A stretch of DNA of 64,000 nt from Lama glama. Lineage: Eukaryota. Below the pieces are notes generated by a model that was given only the letters and a program-made list of their open reading frames with translations, searched no databases and was not told the DNA's origin. The stretch is from the NCBI GenBank assembly GCA_028534125.1, contig CM052818.1, positions 33,108,001-33,172,000 of the forward strand. The letters are read 5' to 3'. Positions 1-10,975 of the stretch are shown here, piece after piece. The position numbers were made by a program, and so were the translations under genes. How positions within the stretch are numbered: the stretch's first letter is position 1; the number at the start of each line of letters is the position of its first letter.

Positions 1-106
1 ATGCAAATGAGGCCTTTCTGGTCACCTGCTTATGGCCCCCTAGGAGAGATTGAATGGTCACTGCCCTAGTAAGACTCAGGCAAAAGAAAAAAGGGTACTT
101 CCCCAG

Positions 107-107
<1 letters not shown>

Positions 108-143
<36 letters not shown>
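108..143 (+). repeat. (TG)18 microsatellite
   Basis: Directly visible. Confidence 0.98.
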
Positions 144-148
<5 letters not shown>

Positions 149-344
149 AAGCCGGAAACATTCCAGAGATAAAGTGGCCAGTGCTGTTATTCAGAAGTGT
201 CCCTATGAGTCAGAACAAAGTTACCCCTGGTTAGGAATGTTTGTTGGGTCCAGAGAGAAGGAACAGAACAACTTCCCTCACTTCCTCTTCAGGGTCTAAG
301 ATCTGCACAAGGAGAGGTGGCTCAGGGTTGGGCTTTGAGTTGGG

Positions 345-435
345 AAATAGAGGTCCAAGATGGCCCTGCTGTAGCCAGCTGTGTGACCTGGGCCAAGTCC
401 CTTGATATCTCCAAGCTTCTGCTTCCTCATCTGCC
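345..435 (+). mobile_element. MIR SINE fragment
   Basis: Core-like agctgtgtgacctgggccaagtcccttgatatctcc...cttcctcatctg. Confidence 0.75.
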
Positions 436-899
436 ACCAAGAGCCTAGACTGAATGTAGGCCCTGTCATAGGGCAAGGGAAGCACAGAAGTCCTAAAGGG
501 GGAACTCTTTCCCCACTGCTCCACCATCTGGGATGAGTCTCCTGCCAGGCGTCAAGTCCCGCACAGAAACACATCTCTCCTACCCTCCTATTCTGAAGAC
601 CCAGAAGTCCAGGGGTCTACTCCGACCCCAGCACAAGTATTCCCCGTCCCACCCTACCCCAGGCCAGAGGCTCCAGGCAGGCTCCCTCCACTTCTAATCT
701 GGTCAGAGTCCTGGACCCTACCAGGTTCTCACAACCATCCATCTGCCTGGCCCCAGGATCTGCCCAGCATGAATGGAGGCAGGGGAGCAGAAGAGAAGCC
801 TGTGGCCTGGGTGGACCCTGCCCTTGGGCAGTTTACAACCTAGCTGAGAAAAATAAAGAGTAACACACACAATAGTGGGGGCATGAAGCAATAACAATG

Positions 900-1118
900 G
901 TGGCACCTATTAAAACCTTTTATGGGGCTTCCCTTGTACCAGACAGTGTTTTAATTGAGTCATATATATTAACTCAGTTAATATTCACAACAACTCTATA
1001 ATTATTATCCCCATTCAACAGGTGAGGACAACTGAAGTCAGAGAGGTAAACTCACCCAAGTTTTCATAGCAAAAGAGAAACAGAGCTGGGATTTGAACAC
1101 ATGTAGTCAGGCCCCAGG
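900..1118 (-). mobile_element. MIR SINE
   Basis: attattatccccattcaacaggtgaggacaactgaagtcagagaggtaaa...cagagctgggatttgaac is the reverse MIR core. Confidence 0.85.
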
Positions 1119-1214
1119 CTCTTGGTACGAAAGGGGTTAATGAATCTTCCCATTAGCATGGCACTGAATCATTTCAGACTGTCTCTACAGACTCAGACAT
1201 GTCACCCACCACTG

Positions 1215-1360
1215 TTTCATCTGATCCCCTCAACAGTGTATGTGGTAGCCAGGTCCTACATTATTGGCCCTATTTTCCAGATAAAGAAAAGTAAGTCATG
1301 GGCTCAACGTCACACCTACCTTGCATGTAGAGCAGGGTGTACCCAGGTCTCCTGACTCCC
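1215..1360 (-). mobile_element. MIR SINE fragment
   Basis: ccctattttccagataaagaaaag...cccaggtctcctgactcc. Confidence 0.65.
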
Positions 1361-1959
1361 ATGTGCCGGGCCTTTGTTTTTCTCCTCCACACTCTGGGCC
1401 CACAGGGGTTATAAGAGGCTCTCAGAGAAGGAGTGAGAGCAGGAGGCCTCATCGCTTGTTTCAGGCCTCCTTCCAGGGCTGCCGAATCTCGATTGTTTGG
1501 CTGGCCTAGCACCCACTCCCCTTTCTTCTGGTAAGAGCCTCCTGATTTCCTTTGGGGGAGCCTCCACTTCCCATTGACCTTAATCCTTTAGCCTTAGGGA
1601 TGGACACAAGGACCCATGATCCAGTCCTGCCAAACAGAACCCCCACTTCCCTGGCAGCAGTTATTGACTGTTCAAGGTTGTGCAAAGGACCCAAGACTGG
1701 CCTTTGAGAGTCAGACCTGAGGCTTTGGCTGAAACCCTTGGGAAAGGCGTACTCTGTTTCCAACTGGGAGATAATACTCTTTACTACCACCTGGGGAGAG
1801 GCTACGAGGAATAAAGCCAACCGAGAGAGAAGCAGGGCCGAGCACTGGAGAACAACAGGTTTCTGCTGACTTTGTTGGATCTCCTGAACCCAGGCGCGCC
1901 TAAATTGGTTGTGCTTCTGGACTTTCCATCCTGCGGCAAGAAATTCCCTTTTCCATTTA

Positions 1960-2790
1960 AGCCAATATGAGTTGAGTATCTGTTTATGGCAAGTAATAGA
2001 TTCCACCAGTGAACACACCGAGAGTACCTACTGTTAGCACTTCTGTTTGCTAGAAATTCCAAGAAAAACAAACCCAGGTAAGGAAGAGGTTGTGTTCAAA
2101 GAATCTGGAATCTGGTGAGGGATGCGAAAGATGCTTAAGTTTAGAACAAGTCAGAACACAATAAACACCACAAGGCAGCCATGAAGGTTCTCTGGCTAAT
2201 GTAGAGAACATTTCAGGTGGAATACCTCAGAAAAGGCCTCCTGAAGGTGGTGGCAGTGACACTGGCCTCGGGAGTCTGATGGGTTGTTGACAGGTGAAGG
2301 TGGGGAGGCTGCAGAGCAGACAGCATTAGGAAGGGCCCAGAATTGGGGATGTACGTGTGTGTGGAGCAAGAATAAAGAGAGGGGGTTGACTGAGGCCAGG
2401 GGAATGCTCTAAAATTCATAGTCTAAGTGGATGGGGAATGAGAAGAGAATGGTCCTGAGCTATTTCCAAAATCTGAAGCTATTCCCTGTAGAAAAAGAGC
2501 TAGGCCTATTTGGTATGCCCCCTAGGGCTAAGGATGGATGCTGGGAGCGGGGCAGGCAGAGATGACCTCAGCCAAAGGAAGCGAGTCCTACCTGTAAATA
2601 TCATGGGAAGTTTGGGGGAGATGTTCAAAAAGAGGCCAGGACCTGGTGGGTGTTATAAAGGGGATTCAGAAACCAGACAGGAGTCTGAATCGGCTGACCC
2701 TGACCATTGTGTGAGTTCTGAGCCAGACTTGGAGATTCGTGGCTGATGTGGGAGGGGTTTGGATTTCATTCCAAAGGCAATGCTAATACA
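1960..2790 (-). mobile_element. Degenerate L2 LINE fragments
   Basis: Patches resembling the reverse L2 3' region (ttgagtatctgtttatggcaag; gaaaaggcctcctgaaggtggtggca; gtttggatttcattccaaaggcaatg). Confidence 0.45.
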
Positions 2791-2879
2791 CACCAACTGG
2801 AGGAGGCACGATAGGAGGCAGGAGCAGCGACAGGGTCAGAGCTACACCTGTATCTGTGAATCTCTCTTATAAATACACA

Positions 2880-3065
2880 ATTTGGGAATTTTTAATATGA
2901 ATGGGATAGTAAATGATGGCCAGGATTTTTGTTTTGTTTTGTTAGGTGGGAGAATGGCATTCCCTGTGCTCGTGTAAGATACTAGTCATAGTTTTTAGAT
3001 GCACGCTGAAGGACATAGGGATGAAGTGACATAAGATTTGATTTAGAATATTTAAGCAAGAAAAG
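2880..3065 (+). mobile_element. Old L1 (L1MC/L1ME-type) 3'UTR fragment
   Basis: ttaggtgggagaatggcatt...tttttagatgcacgctgaaggacatagggatgaagtgacat resembles an L1M 3'UTR. Confidence 0.7.
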
Positions 3066-3091
3066 GGAGGAATTTTATATTTTTCACACTC

Positions 3092-3166
3092 ATGTATGTG
3101 TATGTGGATATATGCACTAGAATATGTATATACATATATGTATATGTGTGTATGTGTGTATGTATA
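3092..3166 (+). repeat. Compound (TA/TG) low-complexity repeat
   Basis: Directly visible. Confidence 0.85.
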
Positions 3167-3169
3167 CTA

Positions 3170-3815
3170 GACACAAATGCAAAGTTAGCAAATATATTGT
3201 TGAACAAAAGATGCCACAGAGAAAGACAAATATATTCCACATGTATCACTTATATGTGGAGTCTAAACAAAAATGAACTTATTTACAAACCAGAAATAGA
3301 CTCATAGACATAGAAAACAAACTATGGCTACCAAAGAGGAATGTAGGGGCTGGAGGGATAAATTAGGAGTTTGGGATTAACATATACACACTGCTATATC
3401 TAAAATAGATAAACAACAAGGTCCTACTGTATAGCACAGGAAACTATATTCAATATCTTATAATAACCTATAATGGACAAGAATCTGAAAAAGAATCTTT
3501 GAGTCACTTTGCTGTATACCTGACAATAACACAACATTCTAAATCAACTATACTTCAATTTAAAAGAAAAAAAAGATGCTAGACACAAAGTGGCACTTAT
3601 TGTGTTGTTTCATTATATATACATTTTAAAAGGCAAAATGAATCTATGATATTAGAAGTCATTGCAGGTCAGGCCGACTGGAGGCGCATGAGGGCAGAGG
3701 TCTGTTTCTTGGCTGGTCAGGCTTACAGGTGTGCTCACTTTGTGAAAACTCAGAGTGAGTGGTACATACAATTTGTGTACTTGGCTGGATGTATGTTTTA
3801 TATGTCAATAAATTT
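3170..3815 (+). mobile_element. Old L1ME-type 3' end, interrupted at 3215-3570 by a younger L1
   Basis: Flanks join as gttgaacaaaagatgctagacacaaag...ggcaaaatgaatctatgatattagaagtca...cactttgtgaaaactc...gtatgttttatatgtcaataaa. Confidence 0.75.
3215..3570 (+). mobile_element. 5'-truncated cetartiodactyl-type L1 3' end with A-rich tail and TSD
   Basis: gagggataaattaggagtttgggattaac...aacaaggtcctactgtatagcacagg...aaatcaactatacttcaat; TSD AAAAGATGC at 3206-3214 and 3571-3579. Confidence 0.93.
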
Positions 3816-4624
3816 ACCCCAAAATACCACTCCTACACACACACACACATGTATGAGCGGAGAGAGATCTATATTGTGATAGTTACATGAGAGGGAGAGC
3901 AATCAGAAGCATATATGGCTCCTCATCGATAATTTCTTAGAAGAAGGAGAAGATACAGTATGAGCTATGGCCTTAAGCCTGAGTTTTCCAAACAATTTTG
4001 AATACTATCCTCAAGGGGAGTTTTTTTGTTTTTCATTACTTGAGAAACACATATCATGGGCTGAATATAAAAAAGCTGCCCTTAAGCTGCTCACTCTGAA
4101 TGGCAGGGTAGAGTAGAGGGTGGAAGGGAGCAGGTAGAGCCCAGAGTGGAGACTGAGAGGAGACAGGTGGGAGTGCCCAGAGCCTGGGAGGGCAGAGTCC
4201 ACGTCAATGCTCCCACCTGGGCCGTCCCCAGCACTCCAACCATTGGGGGCGTGCTCACATGGAGAGGGTGGACCTGCACAGACTCACAGACACCTCAAGT
4301 ATGACAGACCAAGAGGGGCCCCCTACTGAGCACCCCCTGGGGTTCAGCACACCCCTGTGGATCAGCTGCTGTGGGTCACTGAGGGCATGTGCTGCCATGG
4401 GGACCCATGCCTCTAGAGACACACAGAGCCCAGGGAGCTGTGGCCCTGTTACCTGCACAGTGAACACATCATGTGATTTTCTGCCTCAGACGAGGAAGCA
4501 TCCAAGAGGTAGGGGATGTTCCTAGAAGGAGGGAAGCAAGGGAGGGAGGGAAAAAAGGAAGGGGGGAGGGAGGCAGGGACTCCACTGGTTTTTCTTTTGA
4601 GGCAGCTGTGATGTTTCCAGAAAC

Positions 4625-4745
4625 AGCCCTGAGTTTGTAGGCAAAAGACAAGGTTTGAGTCCTGGCTCTGCTACTCAGAGCTGCAAACCTTGACAAAGTC
4701 ACTTCATCTCTATACACCTAGTTCTCTCATCTGCCAAGTGAGGGG
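4625..4745 (+). mobile_element. MIR SINE
   Basis: ggtttgagtcctggctctgctact...ccttgacaaagtcacttcatctct...ctcatctg. Confidence 0.8.
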
Positions 4746-4789
4746 GGTGGGTGTGCCAATTTGTGCACAGCTCAGTGCACAGAAAGGAC

Positions 4790-4960
4790 CATGGGCTTAG
4801 ATCACAGAGGCTTGGGTTCCAGGCCTGGCTCCGCTGCCTGAGGGTCAAGTGACCTTGGGCTGTTACTGAATCCTTCTGAGTCTCTGTCCTCCCTTGTGAT
4901 GTGATGATGATTATATCACCAGAGCCCCAGGGCCATGGCGAGGATAATACATGGAGGCAT
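4790..4960 (+). mobile_element. MIR SINE
   Basis: tgggttccaggcctggctccgctgcc...gtgaccttgggc...ctgagtctctgtcc. Confidence 0.7.
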
Positions 4961-5304
4961 TAATCTAAATATCCATCTACCACCTGTTTATTTATCCTCT
5001 GCTTATTCCCCAAAGGATTTCTATAGCTATGAGAAAGATTCTGTGAAACAACATGGGAAGGGCCTGACACATGGTGAGTACTGGGTTGTGGTGAGGCTCA
5101 AATGTGATAAAGTTTCTGGAAGTGTGTCACAAACGGGAATTCCATATACATGAAAGCTAGAAAAAGTGGGAAAGAAAGGAGGGGTTCAGGGAAGCTGGAC
5201 AGAAATGGATGTCCACAGAGGAAGAACTCGGGTTCTTAGAGCTGCAGGAGCCCAACCCCCAGCCATGCATAGAGCAACTCTGGGAGGAGCAGTGGCTACA
5301 GGGT

Positions 5305-5500
5305 CCCGTAATGTCACAGCTGGAAAAAACAAGAGAGATCATTTGATGCAAACCTTGCCCCACTCCATTATACAGATGTGGACACTGAGGCTCTGAAAGG
5401 GAAACAAGTTTGCTTCAGGTCACCCAAGACAGCAGAGGCAGAGCTGGGACCAGACTCATTTCCTAAGGCAAAGTGTAGGGCACCCTTTCCACTGCCCCAC
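5305..5500 (-). mobile_element. MIR3/MIR SINE
   Basis: cagctggaaa...gatcatttg...cattatacagatgtggacactgaggctctga...aggtcacc...gcagagctgggac. Confidence 0.75.
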
Positions 5501-6004
5501 AAACCCCGGAGCTTGGTGTGTTTCCCTCACTCTGGTCTGGGGCAGCGAGAAGCAAGTCTGCAGGAGCCTCACTGCCTGGGTTGAATTCTGGTAGCTCACG
5601 GCAGGAAGGTCAGCTCCCTCCCTGGTAAGTGTGCCTGGGGCCCCACCCTGGATGACGTGCCCAGGGGCTCCTGAGCAGTGAGTATAACCCACAGCCGAGA
5701 GCAAACACAGAGCCTTATTGTTAGAGACATCGATTACTGCACTGGGTTGGGCATTTATTTATTATCACATCTATTTCTTTTCATTAACAGAAGGCAAACA
5801 TTCCCCACCCCGGTAACTGGAAGGCTACTACCTGTACCAGAGGATGGGTGATGTCTCTTGAGGCTGGGCTGGGAGCAGAACCAACCTACCTACATGGTCC
5901 TTCCATCCAACCCAAGCAAGGGGAGGAGAGACTCAGGTCAGATGTAAGGTAGAACTGCCCACACCATAAGGATCCAGAAACTGCATCATTAAATAACATC
6001 AAAA

Positions 6005-6190
6005 GCTGTGGGGTGGAATTGGGACCCAGAGCTGGTCCTATTTCTCACTTTGCCTCTTGACTTTCGGTGAGATACTAAACCTCCCTAGGCTTGGTGTCCT
6101 CACCTGTGAAATTCTAGAGGATGTAAAGGTTAAATATACACGTGAAAGCAGCTAGCATAGTGCCTGCTACGTGCGCACTCAATAAACAGT
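6005..6190 (+). mobile_element. MIR SINE
   Basis: aacctccctaggcttggtgtcctcacctgtgaaat...gtgaaagcagctagcatagtgcctg...cactcaataaa. Confidence 0.75.
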
Positions 6191-7054
6191 CCCCGAGCTG
6201 TATCTGCGAGCAAGGAGACTCTTCAGATGAACCTGTCAGGTAACAGGGGCTCCACTCAATAAACAGAACATGTGGATCTGCACTGGATTGCCCCTTCTCA
6301 GGGAGGATAGTAGCCTAGCCAGATCTCACCTGGGGGCAGGGGAATAAACCTCGTGGCCTTTTCAGTCCACTCCAGTCTCCTTATTTAGCTTTCATTTCAA
6401 TGTCTCTGTCTTTCTCTTGGGCCCAGAGTTGGAGCCCCCACCCTGCCCATCCCAGCCTCAGGCTCTCTCCCTTTTCCCCTTGAAACACACCTTCAGGCCC
6501 TTCCCTTCCCCCACCAGCACTGTCTTTCCCTTGGGAGATCCAGGTTTCTTCCTGTTCCCATTTCAGATTTTTGACTTCTTCTTTGAGACTTTTCTCCTCT
6601 AGCAAATGTAGGAGGGATTTGGTTGGGACCGTTAGCAAAACTCTGGGAATAGCCAGGTTCAGAGGTAGCTTTACCTAACGAGGGAGGGCTGAGCAGGTGG
6701 AAGTGAAGTCTGGATCCCTGGGATGAGCAGGTCCTGTGGGGCAGAGCATCGGAAATGCTCCTTCCTCCCCGGCTTCCTCCCACAGCGCCCTAGGCAGGCC
6801 CATGGCCCCTGGGAGGAGGCCATCACCCACAACCTCACCCTGCTGTCTGCGGGGGGAGGGGCTTCTCATTTTCCAGATTCTTCACTCTTACCCTGTATTG
6901 AATCGTTTGTTACCTCCAGCAAAATGTCTAGCAACAACTCTGTGGATGGCAACCAATGACAATGATGGGAACCAAGGACAACTCGAACTCAGCTGTTTGG
7001 TTTGACCCCAACAGACTGGGAAAGCTGGAAAGGACCCCCAGGCATCACAGAGAC

Positions 7055-7250
7055 CAGTTCTCCTTCCAAAGCAGCATGGAAGTTTTGTGGGGTGATTAAA
7101 GATGCTAGGCCATAAAAGGACTCAATTTTCAAATACATGTGGAAAAGACTGACTTAAATGGGTTTCTCTACTCAGGACTTCTCAGAGCCTTTCATATGCC
7201 AGTGCCAATTATAGATATCCAGGATGCCTTTCCCAAAAGCATCCCATGAA
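7055..7250 (+). mobile_element. hAT-Charlie MITE (MER103C-like) fragment
   Basis: ggtttctctactcaggacttctcagagcctttcatatgcc...gcctttcccaaa resembles recalled MER103C; orientation label uncertain. Confidence 0.6.
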
Positions 7251-7609
7251 AAGAGTGACTCAGCCAGCCTTTTGGCTTTATGGTGAGGTAACCTAGGCAC
7301 AAGCTCCTAGGGACAGAGCCACCAGTGAGTCAAGGTCTCATGACCCCAAGGTTGAGCATGCTCATCTTTTTTCTGATTTTGTTTTGCACTGTAATCGGGG
7401 GCAGGAGATGGAGGGAAGAGCAGGTACTTTATGTGCACTGAAGGACAGAATTAGGGCCAGAGGATAGAGGTTCCTGCTGAGTGGAATTTCAACTCCACCC
7501 AAGTAAGAATTTTAAAATAATTAGACCTGTCTGGACGCAAACTGAGCCAACCCACGAGGCAGCGAGCTTCCCACCACTGAAGGTGTCCAACCTGTGGCTG
7601 ACTGACCAC

Positions 7610-7809
7610 TGGCTGGGGTAACAGGTGGACTCCAAAAGATAAATCCACGCCCGAATCCCCAGAACCTATGAATGAGATCTTGTTTGAAAAAAGAGTCTTT
7701 GCAGATGTAACGAAGTTAAGGATCTCAACACTAGGAGGTCATCCTAGATCATCTCAGTGGACCCTAAATCCAGTGATAAGTGTCCTTCTAAGAGTGAGGC
7801 CAAGGGAGA

Positions 7810-7851
<42 letters not shown>

Positions 7852-8050
7852 GAGAAGCCTCTGATGTGAAGACAGAGCAGAGACAGGTGTCCCAAGGGTA
7901 CGGAATCCTATAGCCGCCCCAGGGGCTGAAAGAGGCCCTGCCAATACCTTGATTTTGGGCTTCAGGTCTCCAGAACTGTGAGAGAATCAATTTCTGTTGT
8001 TTTAGACCAGAAAGTTTGTGGTCATTTGTTATAGCGGCCACAGGATAAGG
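7610..8050 (+). mobile_element. MaLR solo LTR (MLT1B/C-like), internally deleted, with embedded (CA)19
   Basis: ccaaaagataaatccacg...gtctttgcagatgtaacgaagttaaggatctc...ctccagaactgtgagagaatcaatttctgttgttttag...tttgtggtcatttgttatagcggcc. Confidence 0.9.
7811..7848 (+). repeat. (CA)19 microsatellite
   Basis: Directly visible. Confidence 0.98.
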
Positions 8051-9468
8051 GTTGGGGATGCTGTCAAGGGGAAATAAGCACAGATGGGTAAGAGATGCTT
8101 CACAGAAGGAAACTTGAGGCCTCTCCGGACTCTCTGGCCACCAGTTGTCACCCCTCCAGGATACCTGTGGTTTAGTGACTGGAAAGCTGTGCCAGGATTT
8201 CCCACCTGTCCCAGGAAGGGGAAGCCATCAGAGTATAAGGCCCTGGTCAGGAAAAGCAAATAGTGGATGACGACTGGCTGGTGCTCCCCATGGCCCCAGC
8301 AAAGGCCCCCACTTTGGTGTCTTCGGCAAAGAATCCCTTAAAGTCATAGAACCTACAGCCATCTCCAAGAAATGATCAGATGACTGGTCAGGCAGAGCCC
8401 TGGAGAGCAGCTTCTTTGTCAACCAAGCTGGGTCTGTCCTTGGGTCCCCTGCCCCAATGACAGAAATCAGCCCAAGGCCCCCCTCCCCCCACCACGCACG
8501 GGGAAGGAGGGCCAGGCAGGCACCCCGAGGACAGCCCGTTCCCTCACTGCTGCACGCATGCACTTTTACACGCACTCAGGGGCTCTGTCGCAACCACCTC
8601 TCTGCCCCGAGACAAGCGATAACACGCCCGTCCCTTCTTGCCTTCAGTCCCTGGCAGAGTAAGACCCAACCCAGGTTGCAGGGCACAGCACGATTAATTG
8701 CCAGGTAAAAGAGGAGGCTGCGGTTTGACTGTCTCAGCAACAATCTGGGGAGACCTGAGGACGGGAGAAAGAGGGGCTGAAGCCAGTGGCCCCCTCCAAG
8801 CTCCTGGCTGCCCCAAGGCCTGCAGCCAACTGCAAAGCCAGTGTCAGCGGCTTTGTCCCTACAGCCAGGAGCCCAGCCAGTCGGGCACCTCAGGGCTGGC
8901 TGCTGCCTGCCTCCCTGGGGAGCAGAGTGAGCTTTGCCCATCTGGGCGAGCCAAGCTGGGTGCCGGGCAGGAGCCCCAACCCAGGCACACCCGTGCATGC
9001 GGTTGGCCTGGCTCACCCAGAGCCCAGCTGGCCATGCGGGTGGGGAGGGCTCCCCCTGCCCAGCTGCAGTCACAGCAGGACTCCCAGGTGCCCCCCAGCC
9101 CCACCCCAGAGCCCCGGAATCTGGTCTCAGAGGTGGCCTCACTTTACTTCCTGGTTCCCTCTTTCTACTTTCCAAATCCTCTGCAGACTTACCCAAAACG
9201 TGAGAGGGAACACGGCATTCTTCCCTCTCCGGGGCAGAAACGTTTTGTACCCAGGCCCGCGGGCTCGGTAAATGTTTGCTTGCAGGCTTGTTTTGCTCAG
9301 CTGGGCCGGGGTTGGGCTGAAGCCCCCCTGTCCTCAGTTGCCTTCTCCCCTTCCCGTCACCACCCTAATTTCAGGCTCAACTGTGCGCGTTCAGGGCTTA
9401 ATTAAACTCTTGTCTTGCTTTCAGAAGAGACATTTTCTGCCCCAGGGAGTTGCTACCGAGTTTTGTGA

Positions 9469-9549
9469 GGAAGGCAGGTCTGAGCAGGCTCCCAGGTGGA
9501 GAAGATCTGCTGGGTGGGAGAAAGAACATTGCCTCCTGGAAGCTGCCAA
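9469..9549 (+). repeat. Direct repeat copy A (partner 10895-10975)
   Basis: 76/81 identity by manual alignment, first 48 bp identical. Confidence 0.95.
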
Positions 9550-9964
9550 GCCATGGCCAACGGGGAACCACTGGGGTGGGAGGCACAGAGGCCCCAGCCT
9601 TGGCAATGAGGCCACCCCTAGGCACAGAGGGGCCTCACTGCCTCTGTTGCAGCCACTGCAGGCAGCACCCAATTATTGCAGGTCACACTGTCCAGGTCAC
9701 ACTGTTCCCGGTGCCCGCCTGGCCCCACCCTGCCCAGCCAGCAGCAGCCTCCAGCACCTCCCGCCCACTGCGGGCCACACCCTAGACTCACCTTCCGAGC
9801 CGAGATTCCTCCTTCAGGGCCCCCACCCCAAGGGGCCTCAGGAGGAGGAAAAGAGCCCAGCAAGTGGGTGCTGGAATCCAGGCCCTCAACTCAGGTCAGG
9901 CCTGCCTTGCATTGGTTCCAGGAGAGACTCTGTGGTATGGAACTTTCTAGAAAAGCGTGTCTCA

Positions 9965-10170
9965 GGGAGAGACCTGGGTTAGAGGCCTGGGTCTGCCCCT
10001 TACTACCTATGTGTCCCTGAGATGACTTTATCTTTCTGAGCCTCGGTTTCCTTATCTGCAGATTGGGAGTCCTACTATACCTCTCCCTCAGGTGGGGAGG
10101 GCGATCGAAAGAGACAACACAGGAGGGAAAGCATTTTGCTAACTTGGGTAAAAGGCTGTACAAATATTAG
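9965..10170 (+). mobile_element. MIR SINE
   Basis: agacctgggtt...tctgagcctcggtttccttatctgcagattgggag...tacctc. Confidence 0.8.
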
Positions 10171-10421
10171 ATAGTATTTCTATCAAGATTAAGCAGGCAG
10201 TGAACAAAATCACTGCTGGAACTTTTAGCATTTCCATCACCCCCCACCTTGGCCCTGAACATCACTCCACGGTCCTCTCCCCACCCCAAGCCTTGCCCCC
10301 GACCTGTCCTATTCTGTGAGCACTGTGTCCTCTGCACAGTCTTCCCCACAACCCACCCCAGAGACAGAAACTTATCTTGTCATCTCCTCCATTTCTTTCC
10401 TCAGGTTTCAAGAGCCCCCTC

Positions 10422-10850
10422 AGGAACCCTCCTACACTCTTGGTGGGAATGTAGTGTGGTGTAGCCACTATGGAAAACAGTTTGGAGATTCCTTGAAAAA
10501 CTAAAAATAGACTTACCCTATGATCCAACAAACCAGTCCTGGGCTTATATACAGAGAAAACTCTAATTCAAAAAGATACATGCACCCNNNNNNNNNNNNN
10601 NNNNNNNNNNNNNNNNNNNNNNNNNNNNNNNNNNNNNNNNNNNNNNNNNNNNNNNNNNNNNNNNNNNNNNNNNNNNNNNNNNNNNNNNNNNNNNNNNNNN
10701 NNNNNNNNNNNNNNNNNNNNNNNNNNNNNNNNNNNNNNNNNNNNNNNNNNNNNNNNNNNNNNNNNNNNNNNNNNNNNATGGATGGATCTAGAGATCATCA
10801 TACTAAGTGAAGTAAGTCAGACAGAGAAAGACAAATATCATTATATCACT
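10422..10850 (+). mobile_element. L1 fragment (end of ORF2 region), lacking most of the 3'UTR and any poly(A); spans the assembly gap
   Basis: ggaaccctcctacactcttggtgggaatgta...aaaagatacatgcaccc[gap]atggatggatctagagatcatcatactaagtgaagtaagtcagacagagaaagacaaatatc. Confidence 0.92.
10588..10777. other. Assembly gap (190 N)
   Basis: Run of n; the two sides are colinear L1 sequence. Confidence 1.
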
Positions 10851-10894
10851 CTTTTAGCACTCTTTCTGCCCTGTTCCAGTGAGAGGTACAAGGG

Positions 10895-10975
10895 GGAAGG
10901 CAGGTCTGAGCAGGCTCCCAGGTGGAGAAGATCTGCTGGGTGAGAGAAGGAACATCGCCTTGTGGAAGCTGCCAA
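10895..10975 (+). repeat. Direct repeat copy B (partner 9469-9549)
   Basis: 76/81 identity by manual alignment. Confidence 0.95.

Noticed and set aside
8576-10020. Overlapping 160-236 aa ORFs on both strands
   Set aside because: P/G/A/R/S-rich with no recognisable domain, and open in several frames at once, as expected for GC-rich non-coding DNA
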